Origin: Pirellulales bacterium
Lineage (GTDB): Bacteria; Planctomycetota; Planctomycetia; Pirellulales; UBA1268
Length of the DNA stretch: 64,000 bases
Reading direction: 5' to 3'
NCBI GenBank assembly: GCA_028066355.1
Contig: JALCBP010000003.1
Span: 1,751-65,750, forward strand
The notes below the pieces were generated by a model. That model saw only the letters and a program-made list of their open reading frames with translations. It was not told the origin of the DNA and did no database searches. Both the position numbers and the translations under genes were made by a program. This document shows positions 19,678 through 28,100 of this stretch, in pieces. Numbering within the stretch: the first letter of the stretch is position 1; the number at the start of each line of letters is the position of its first letter.

Positions 19678-21123
19678 TTAGTGTTTTTGGATAAAAGCAT
19701 TTTCGGTGGCGACTGGATCACTATCGTCCCAACGTTCTAGCCATTCTTGGAGCGCTTTTTGAAGCCTTTGGAAGGTCTGTTTATGGCCCGGAGACTCTGT
19801 AAGATTCTCAAGTTCGTCCGGATCAACTTTTCGATCGTAAAGAGCCCATTCGGGTCGATGATGGAGACGTTGCACCAGCGCAGTATTACGAGCATTCGGT
19901 TGTTTGTGAGACCATTGTACCCACGAGGCCGCAACATCAGGGTGTTTATCGCTCCCACCATTTGTAATCCAATCAAGTGCCTGGGTAAGTGTTACGTTCG
20001 ATGTAACATCCTGATACTTCGGTGACCAGATGAGGGTATATCTGTCATCACGAATCGAACGAATCGGATAATTCCGCGTTTTGTTATCAAGAATGTTGCA
20101 GTTGGTAAATGCCCCAAAAGCATATTGATGGACATCAATGTTGCTACCTGTCCAGTTGTCCCACTGGCTTATGCCATCAAAAGTCCATTCACTTGTTTTA
20201 CCACCTGCTGCTTCAAGAAGCGTTGGTGCAATATCTGCAATCCACGTCATAGTATTGTTTCGTGTTCCTGCAGGTATAACTTTTGGTAGAGCGGCAATCA
20301 TGCCAACTGCTAAGCCACTGTCAAAACATGTCCATTTTGAAAATGGAAAAGCATTGCCCTGCTCGGAGCAGAAAACGATTAATGTGTTTTGAGCAATATC
20401 TTCATTGTCAAGAATTTCCCGAAGCTGACCTAAGAGAGCGTCAAGGTTGGTGACTTCAGCAAGATGAGCCCCAAGCTGTTCTTTGTATTGAGAAGTGCCA
20501 ATTGCATCATGAGGTGGTTGTACGATGTCGGAGGTATATCGACTACGATCACCATGTGTGTATGGCCCATGGCCATCGTTTGAAGCAACAACAAGACAGA
20601 ACGGAGTTTTTTCATGCACAGCTTTTTGAATGTACGTCTCTGCCCGCGTAACGGCTTCGGCATTAGCGTCACGATCTTTTGCAAGATCACCAAGGTCGTC
20701 AAAAGGGTATGCATCCCGTGGTCCGATGTGTTTCTTTCCCAGCAAGCCAACGCGGTAACCAAGTGGCTGTAAATAATGGGGCAAACTTTTTGTACCAGCA
20801 ACAGATTTTGAATGATTTGGCATAGCTCCAGTACGCCATGCACATTGACCACTAAAAAATTCCTGTCGAAACGGCGCACACATCGCAACATTGGCATAGA
20901 CACAATCGAGCCGCACTCCATCACGTGCAAGTTGATCAAGATGAGGTGTGTGGGCCTGACCGCCCCAAGGCCCAAGCGAAGTCTTGTCAATGTCGTCACC
21001 GAGCAGAATCAAGATGTTCGGCGGGGCTGCAGCATCAACCTGAGGAAGTAGATCACCAAAAAATAGTGTGTAGACAATCGCACATAGGAACAAGAGGTAC
21101 GACTTCATGAAATGTTCTCTCAA
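19678..21123 (-). CDS. Sulfatase-family protein (formylglycine type)
   Basis: 481 aa with a signal peptide. Motifs are LLGDDID and the CxPxR motif in MCAPFRQEFFSG. Confidence 0.85.
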   Translation of the reverse strand: MREHFMKSYLLFLCAIVYTLFFGDLLPQVDAAAPPNILILLGDDIDKTSLGPWGGQAHTPHLDQLARDGVRLDCVYANVAMCAPFRQEFFSGQCAWRTGAMPNHSKSVAGTKSLPHYLQPLGYRVGLLGKKHIGPRDAYPFDDLGDLAKDRDANAEAVTRAETYIQKAVHEKTPFCLVVASNDGHGPYTHGDRSRYTSDIVQPPHDAIGTSQYKEQLGAHLAEVTNLDALLGQLREILDNEDIAQNTLIVFCSEQGNAFPFSKWTCFDSGLAVGMIAALPKVIPAGTRNNTMTWIADIAPTLLEAAGGKTSEWTFDGISQWDNWTGSNIDVHQYAFGAFTNCNILDNKTRNYPIRSIRDDRYTLIWSPKYQDVTSNVTLTQALDWITNGGSDKHPDVAASWVQWSHKQPNARNTALVQRLHHRPEWALYDRKVDPDELENLTESPGHKQTFQRLQKALQEWLERWDDSDPVATENAFIQKH

Positions 21124-21842
21124 TTTTCAAGTGGCATGACTTCAACTTTGCGAATGTTAACAACGCTGCCAGGATCATGTTGCTGGAAAGCAAAATAGCC
21201 CTCAGTGAAGGCTTTTGAAAAGTCAAGGTATTCGTACAACTCATCCCCGTTCACCATAACCTTTATGCGCGTGAGGTCACGACGACGCCACTGATCATCA
21301 CGAACTTCTAACTCATATGTAAACCACTCGTTTGGTCGAACGAGGTCTCTATAGATGTTTAAGAATCCATAGAGAGATCCGGTACGAATTGGATCCTTGT
21401 GCGTGCTGTCAATTTGGGCTTCATAGCCATCTTTGAATGTTGGATTTCGTGACGTTCGAAAGTACAGTCCTGAGTTGCCACCATCATTAATACGGACTTC
21501 TGCTCGATAGCGAAAATTTTTAAACGGCCCTTTGGTACAGACAAGCATTGAAGGTGTTCCAGTACCGGTTAAAGCACCATCGATCACTTCCCAGTTGCTT
21601 TCTTCACTCCCAACTTTTTCCCAGCCATTGAGAGTCTTACCGTCAAAAAGTGTTATCCATTCATGTTCTGCAGCTTCCAAGCTCGCGATGAGAATCATAC
21701 TCGTTATCAAAAAGAAGGCCGCCCGGTGTATTCGGCGTGTCTGAAATGATTGAGCAATATGGCAGCCACAGACGCGATTTGCCCAAGACGAACGTGAAAG
21801 AAACTTTAAGTTAATCATTGTTCTACCCTGATCTGTCTCCAT
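21120..21842 (-). CDS. Secreted DUF1080 (3-keto-disaccharide hydrolase-like) domain protein
   Basis: Matching blocks are LFDGKTLNGWEKVG..NWEVIDGALTG, NSGLYFRT and YFAFQQHDPGSVVNIRKVEV. A possible Tat-like QTRRIHRAAFF sits in the leader. Its stop overlaps the start of the downstream sulfatase by 4 nt. Confidence 0.85.
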   Translation of the reverse strand: METDQGRTMINLKFLSRSSWANRVCGCHIAQSFQTRRIHRAAFFLITSMILIASLEAAEHEWITLFDGKTLNGWEKVGSEESNWEVIDGALTGTGTPSMLVCTKGPFKNFRYRAEVRINDGGNSGLYFRTSRNPTFKDGYEAQIDSTHKDPIRTGSLYGFLNIYRDLVRPNEWFTYELEVRDDQWRRRDLTRIKVMVNGDELYEYLDFSKAFTEGYFAFQQHDPGSVVNIRKVEVMPLEN

Positions 21843-21879
21843 AAATATTTATGAGCATGTCTAAAATAAAAATAGTTAC

Positions 21880-21907
21880 CAGGTGTTTTCTGTCAGGTGT
21901 TTTCTGT
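21880..21907. repeat. Perfect tandem direct repeat, 2 x 14 bp (CAGGTGTTTTCTGT)
   Basis: The two copies were read directly at 21880-21893 and 21894-21907. They lie in the divergent intergenic region between the DUF1080/sulfatase operon and oppD-like. Confidence 0.9.
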
Positions 21908-22024
21908 GAGTACTTATCCATTGAGCGAGTGCTCACCCGTACCCTTCCGTACACTCCGTCCCATACCCCTTATTAGACCATAATGTATTTCAGACGTTTA
22001 GTAGTATGATTTGAAAGAGGCTTT

Positions 22025-23050
22025 GTGTTCGAGAAGGTTTTTGTAATTCAGGAAACACCTGTGACAGCGCGGTCTGAGAATATTCTTGAAGTCTGTGATT
22101 TACGAACCCATTTTCGTACGGATGATGGGATCGTGCGTGCTGTTGATGGCGTCAGCTTTTCTGTGAAGCGAGGAGAGACGCTCGGCATTGTCGGTGAAAG
22201 TGGTTCGGGAAAAAGTGTTACCTGCCTTTCTGCGATGCAACTCGTAGCGAGGCCACCAGCTGTTCATCCGACGGGTAAAATTTATTTTGGTGACACAGAC
22301 CTTCTGAGTCTTTCAGAGCGTGAAATTGAAAAACTTCGTGGTGAGCGTATGGCCATGATTTTTCAAGATCCACTCACTTCTCTGAACCCATATCTCACTA
22401 TCGCCCGTCAATTAACTGAGGTCTTAGAAGTTCATCGTGGTGCAACATCTACTGCTGCCCGTCAGAAGTCGATTGAGATGCTGGAGCAGGTTGGCATACC
22501 CGATGCTGCTGAGCGAATTGATCAATATCCGCATCAATTTTCTGGCGGTATGCGGCAGCGAGTAATGATAGCCATGGCATTGTTATGTGGACCAGAAGTT
22601 CTTTTTGCGGACGAACCTACAACAGCGCTTGATGTCACAATCCAAGCGCAGATTCTAAGATTAATCAAAGATCTACAAACAGCTATTGGGACTGCTGTCG
22701 TACTTGTGACACATGATCTTGGTGTCGTTGCCGGTACAACTGATTACGTGGCAGTAATGTATGCCGGAAGGATCGTTGAGGAAGGCACAACGGCTGAGGT
22801 TTTTGCCAACCCACTACATCCCTACACACGAGGCCTTCTGGAAAGTATGCCCCGTATTGATACACCACCTCAAAAGTCACTTTATGCGATCCCCGGCCTA
22901 CCACCTGATCTGGGAAATCTTCCAGCAGGCTGCCCGTTTCATCCACGGTGTGAGTTGGCAACAGATCAGTGTCGCAAGGCATATCCCGACAAAAAGAAAG
23001 CCTCATCGACACACAGTGCAGCTTGTTGGGAGGTAGAGGTAATCGAATGA
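22025..23050 (+). CDS. ABC transporter ATP-binding protein (OppD/DppD type)
   Basis: GTG start. It has Walker A GESGSGKS, signature FSGGMRQR and Walker B LFADEPTTALD, plus the C-terminal oligopeptide-type extension (CPFHPRC). Confidence 0.92.
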   Translation: MFEKVFVIQETPVTARSENILEVCDLRTHFRTDDGIVRAVDGVSFSVKRGETLGIVGESGSGKSVTCLSAMQLVARPPAVHPTGKIYFGDTDLLSLSEREIEKLRGERMAMIFQDPLTSLNPYLTIARQLTEVLEVHRGATSTAARQKSIEMLEQVGIPDAAERIDQYPHQFSGGMRQRVMIAMALLCGPEVLFADEPTTALDVTIQAQILRLIKDLQTAIGTAVVLVTHDLGVVAGTTDYVAVMYAGRIVEEGTTAEVFANPLHPYTRGLLESMPRIDTPPQKSLYAIPGLPPDLGNLPAGCPFHPRCELATDQCRKAYPDKKKASSTHSAACWEVEVIE

Positions 23051-24072
23051 AAACGACAGGTAAGCCGGATACCCCATTGCTAGATGTCTCTGATTTAACT
23101 GTGCAGTTTCGCGTGCCAAGTCGTGGCAGTGTTTTATACCGAAAGAGAAAAGATGTTATAGCGGTTAACGGAGTCAGTTTTTCTCTGACTCGTGGAGAAA
23201 CGCTAGGACTTGTTGGTGAAAGTGGTTGTGGGAAGTCGACGACTGGCCGTGCAATTCTCCAATTATTGCGACCAGCTGGTGGTAGTGTGATCTTTGACGG
23301 TGAGCCGATACATGAATTTTGGGAGAAAAAAGGTCAAAAATGGGTATGGGATAAAAGACTTCTTGACCTCAGGTGTCGTATGCAAATGATTTTCCAGGAT
23401 CCATTTGCATCTTTGAATCCAAGAATGACAGTTGAATCCATCTTGTCAGAACCATTGAGAAATTTTGGTGTGGTTCAGGGAGCTGAGCGACGAGAAAAAA
23501 TTCAGGATCTGTTGATGACAGTTGGCATGGATCCTCGGTGTTTGCGTCGATATCCCCACGAGTTTTCAGGTGGACAGAGACAACGAATAGGGATCGCTCG
23601 GTCGCTTGCTCTTGGACCTGATTTTATAGTAGCGGACGAGCCCATCAGTGCACTAGATGTTTCTATTCAAGCGCAGATCATGAATTTACTATCGGAACTG
23701 CGTGAAAATCTTGGTCTTACTCTTCTGTTTATTGCACATGATTTAGCTGCTATTCGTCACGTGAGTGATCGTATTGCGGTCATGTATCTTGGCCAAATTG
23801 TTGAATTGGCTGATGCCCAGACACTTGTTGACCGTCCTCAGCATCCATACACCCAGGCGTTGTTGTCTGCTGTACCAACACCGGATCCTACGCGAGAACA
23901 ATTACGCCAACGCACTGTTTTGTCGGGGGAGATGCCGAGTCCAATCAACCCGCCATCCGGATGTCCATTTCATACTCGTTGTCCAGTACGTGAACAACGG
24001 TGTCAGAGCGAGGTTCCAAGGATGCGAACCATTGAAAAAGGTCATCAAGTCGCTTGCCATCTTGTAGAATGA
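23047..24072 (+). CDS. ABC transporter ATP-binding protein (OppF/DppF type)
   Basis: It has Walker A GESGCGKST, signature FSGGQRQR, Walker B IVADEPISALD and a C-terminal CPFHTRC. I prefer the ATG at 23047, which makes an ATGA overlap with the oppD-like stop, over the ORF-track start at 22969. Confidence 0.9.
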   Translation: MKTTGKPDTPLLDVSDLTVQFRVPSRGSVLYRKRKDVIAVNGVSFSLTRGETLGLVGESGCGKSTTGRAILQLLRPAGGSVIFDGEPIHEFWEKKGQKWVWDKRLLDLRCRMQMIFQDPFASLNPRMTVESILSEPLRNFGVVQGAERREKIQDLLMTVGMDPRCLRRYPHEFSGGQRQRIGIARSLALGPDFIVADEPISALDVSIQAQIMNLLSELRENLGLTLLFIAHDLAAIRHVSDRIAVMYLGQIVELADAQTLVDRPQHPYTQALLSAVPTPDPTREQLRQRTVLSGEMPSPINPPSGCPFHTRCPVREQRCQSEVPRMRTIEKGHQVACHLVE

Positions 24073-24120
24073 AAATTGACAAAAAAGGAAAGTTATCTTT
24101 CTGGAGCCTCTTCTTTAACA

Positions 24121-24924
24121 ATGAGTATTTCTGCCCTTGGACCATATTGTCAGCAACTCAATCCACAGAGAAGAACCATCTTCAGGAAGATATTACTGTC
24201 GGTCGTCGTCTTTGCTTTTTGCAGTGCGTGTTGTGTTGGAGTGCTTCTTGGTAAGGAGATATCTCAGGAGGACCAAGAAGTACAAAAAGAAAAACTTATG
24301 CCTCTCCAAGAATTTATAGGTGGTTGGAGGGGGGTGGCGATGCAGAAGTTAGGTGGCAATGCCCGTTGGTCAGCGGAGTCTGAATGGGCATGGTCGTTTG
24401 ATGAGGGTGTGCCAGCTATTGTGTTTGAGTTGACACCCGGTCGCTATTTCACAAGCGGCCGAATTATTCCAGGCAAAGGTGAGAATGCGTTTGTTCTTCA
24501 GGCACGGCATACCGAATCAGAAGTAGTTGAAACATTTTCTGGTTTTCTTGATGAAAATAACCAAGTTGAATTCATCAATGACGTCATTGAGCCGAGCCGG
24601 CCGGCTCGACTGCTCATTAAAACACTTGCAGACAACAAGCGTTTGGTTCTTACGTTGCAGTATGGTTCGAATCTAAACCGCCTGCAGCAGGGAGCAACGC
24701 TTGGATATACCCGTAAAGGCACAGTATTTGCGACACGTTCACGCCCCGTGAATGAATGTGTGGTGACGGGAGGTGAGGGTAACCAGCAGGTGTCCTATGG
24801 AGGCGAAACCTATTGGGTCTGCTGCAAAGGTTGTCTCAGCATGTTTGAGGACAATCCAGAGAAAGTGATCGCAGCATACGAAGCCCGCAAGGCTAAGGAA
24901 CGAGCAAAACAGCAGTCTCAATGA
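24121..24924 (+). CDS. Membrane-anchored hypothetical protein with C-terminal YHS/TRASH-like Cys motif
   Basis: It has an N-terminal TM segment (ILLSVVVFAFCSACCVGVLLG). The C-terminal ECVVTGGEGNQQVSYGGETYWVCCKGCLSMFEDNPEKV resembles the YHS/TRASH pattern. The ORF track starts at the TTG at 24076, and the ATG at 24121 seems more likely. Confidence 0.5.
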   Translation: MSISALGPYCQQLNPQRRTIFRKILLSVVVFAFCSACCVGVLLGKEISQEDQEVQKEKLMPLQEFIGGWRGVAMQKLGGNARWSAESEWAWSFDEGVPAIVFELTPGRYFTSGRIIPGKGENAFVLQARHTESEVVETFSGFLDENNQVEFINDVIEPSRPARLLIKTLADNKRLVLTLQYGSNLNRLQQGATLGYTRKGTVFATRSRPVNECVVTGGEGNQQVSYGGETYWVCCKGCLSMFEDNPEKVIAAYEARKAKERAKQQSQ

Positions 24925-25138
24925 AAGAGACTTCTCTCAGTAATTCTTACTTTGACAACATGAACGAGCATGCTTGCATGCTCTTTAACAATACGCCACT
25001 CTTCCCGTTGTTCCTATTCGTTAATTAGGCGATAATTAGTTGTTATGGGGATTCGTGAGCAGTTGAGGGACATTCTCAATTTTTTTGCAATGATTTGCAT
25101 GGATAGTCGTCGTTCTTCTTGTAGGCCGGTGGTACGAG

Positions 25139-28100
25139 ATGATTCATTTCCAAAAAAAAAGGTATAAGAAAAAAAGGAGTGGCAAGACACGTGCGCAATC
25201 ACACGTATATGTTGAATGTCTTGAAAAGAGACAAGTGCTCTCTGTAACAGAAGTGGGTAGTCTCAGTGACGATCTGCTGGTGTCTCAAGCACAGGCCACT
25301 TCTGATCAGATAGCCGTTACTCGATCGGTGTCACAGTTATCTATAAGTCAGCTTTCCTCTCCAACACGTTCCATACCGTCAGGTGGTACAAGTCTGCTGC
25401 CCGACGCACAGCCAGCAGATAACTTTGTGCTGGGAGGAAGTGCATCTAATACTGCCGCCCTAAGCGTACAAGTTAATAATGATCAGGACTTGCCTTTTGA
25501 AAAGTATGTTCGTTTAGAAACGTCAACCGTACCAACGAATGTTTGGAATATTAATGTTGCACTGAACCCGACAGGTGATCTTGTTCAAGATGATGTTGTT
25601 TTTGTCAGCTTTTATGCGCGTGGGGAACCAGCCCTAGGCACAGAAACAGTGCAAGCAAATGCATATCTGCAAGAAAATGGCACCAACAATAAGTTGGCAA
25701 CAATACCAATTAGTGGACAAGCCCAATGGCAGCACTTCTCAACGAAAATTGAGGTTGGAGAATCTATTGCGAGCGGTGGTTACAAATTTGTCATTCATGC
25801 AGGCTTCGCTGAACAGGTACTCGAGATAGGTGGTCTGGAAATCCAAAACTATGGTCGCCTTGGTCATCGGTTGTCTGATTACACGGTGACGGTTCAAGAC
25901 AAGTTTGGTAATCCACTACCAGAAGCGACACTCGATGTGCAGATGACCAACCACGGATTTAAGTTTGGTACACAAGTTCGTGACCAGTTGTATGCCATTA
26001 CGGAAGAAGAATTTAATGCTTTGAACGAAAATCAGCGAAGGGCGTTGACCCCCAACCTAGAAGATAACTTTAATATTCCTCGATTTATTCCCACGTGGTC
26101 GGATGTCCTGAATTATCGCAATGCAGTCCTCGACACTTTCAATCACGTCGTACCAACGACAGGTCTGCAATGGGTTGCAATTGAAAATAGTGGTACTTCG
26201 GTGCCAGAAGCAGCCGTCAATCGAGCAACGACTGATGGCCAGAGTGTGACGGCGGCGTCTGTTGTATGGCAGAAGGACAGATGGCCAACTCCTGAAGCGT
26301 ATCTTTCGGCATCGAGTCCAAATGCACAGGCATTCCATGACGCCTTGATCGATGCGCGTCTTGGTCCATCGAGCGTTTTACAGCAATTCAGCGAAACAGG
26401 TAGCTCCCCAGCGATTGACGATTGGAAGCTATTAAATGAACCGCTCCACGAAAATTATTATCAACAGGTTTTTGTTGATGCAGGAATTTATGCGAGTGAA
26501 GTTGAAGCATTAGCAGATTATTTTATACGAGCCGATGCTGTTCGTCCTGACGCCACCCTTTCTATTAATGAATACGCTGTTATTAATTCTCAGAATGATG
26601 ACTTTGCAATTCAATATCGTGATCTTATTCAAAGCCTTTTAGCTGCTGGTGCCCCGATTGATCGCATAGGTATTCAGGCGCACATTGCTCGGAACGACAT
26701 CACGAAAGAAGATATTATTCGCCGACTAGATATTCTTGCGGAAACAGGACTTCCGATAGAGATCAGTGAATTCGATATGCGCGATGACGCAGATACGCCT
26801 CAACTCAATGCCATTGAGCAGGAGAGGATGTTTCGCGATATACTCGAGGCATCATTTGCTCATCCGTCTGTGGACGGATTCATCATGTGGGGCGTCTGGG
26901 ATAAAGTTCATTGGCGCGGCAATGCTCCGCTTTTTGATTCCGACTGGAATGTTAAACCGGAGGCTGCTCCGTGGTTTGACCTTGTTCACAATCAGTGGAA
27001 ACCAAATCTGATTAACGAAGCAGTTCGCAGCAATGGTGAATGGATAGCACCAATTGGTCTCTATAACGGTGACTATCAGTTTACCGCGGAAGCCAATGGT
27101 GTTTCGTCAGTGGCGAATGTTACGGTGAGTCAGGACGGGAACTATGTCATCACAGTTGATACAACGGCCTCGTCAGCAATCCCGGTAGTTGATGAAGTCG
27201 TGATTTCGGAAACCGCTGCAATGGTTGTTGGAGAAACAATTAATATTACGGTACAGGTATCAAATTTTGACCCAGCGGCAACAGTAACGTTGTCCGGACC
27301 TGGTACGACACTCAATTCATTTAACCAGACAAGTGCATCAACGCTTGATCTTTCAGTAACATTGTCTGCATTGGCTTCTGAAAGTTCTCAAACACTCATT
27401 GTTACAAACCCCAATGAACTAACTGGCCAGAAAGTCTTTGCGATTGGGCAGTTGAGCCCAAGCGATAGCCTTGCCCACAGGAAGTCCGATGTCACGATTA
27501 GGGTGGTTGATCAACTCGGTAATCCACTCCCAGATGCGACAGTCGACGTTGGTATGACTCAGCATGCCTTTCGCTTTGGAACACAAATCCGTGGTCCACT
27601 TCTTGCGGTGACACAAGCCGAATTTGATGGGTACACCGATCAGAAGAAACAAGGTCTTCTGCCGAATTTAACATCATTGGGTCAGGATCGATACACGCCA
27701 ACTTGGCAAGATGTGTTGAACTATCGATCAGCTGTCATCAATAATTTCAATCACATCGTGCCGGGTAATGATCTGCAGTGGCAAGCATTTAACGCCAACG
27801 GGTCAGCAAATCCGGATGCAGCGTATGCCCTTGCTTTTGCAAACGGCCTGACAGCAGGAGCTGTCCATGTTGTGTGGGAAAAGCCAGACTGGCCAACACC
27901 ACCAGAATATCGCGCTGGCGCGACATTTAGCCCGCAAGATTTCCATGACGATTTAATTGCAGATCGCCTGAGTTCAACAGGCATTATGAATTTTTATAGT
28001 GATTCTGGACCTGGCGTAACTATTACAGACTGGAACGTTCTAAACGAACCTCTGCATGTCACACATCACTCAGATACGTTTAAAACGGCTGGTATCTATG

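Noticed and set aside
17844-22024. Sulfatase cassette as a mobile element or genomic island
   Set aside because: No transposase, integrase, tRNA target or flanking inverted or direct repeats are visible. It is reported only as an operon interruption, not as a mobile element.
25152-25175. A9 and A7 homopolymers in the first codons of the giant GH10-like gene as a phase-variation switch
   Set aside because: They simply encode the Lys-rich N-region (FQKKRYKKKR) typical of signal or leader sequences. There is no independent evidence for slippage.
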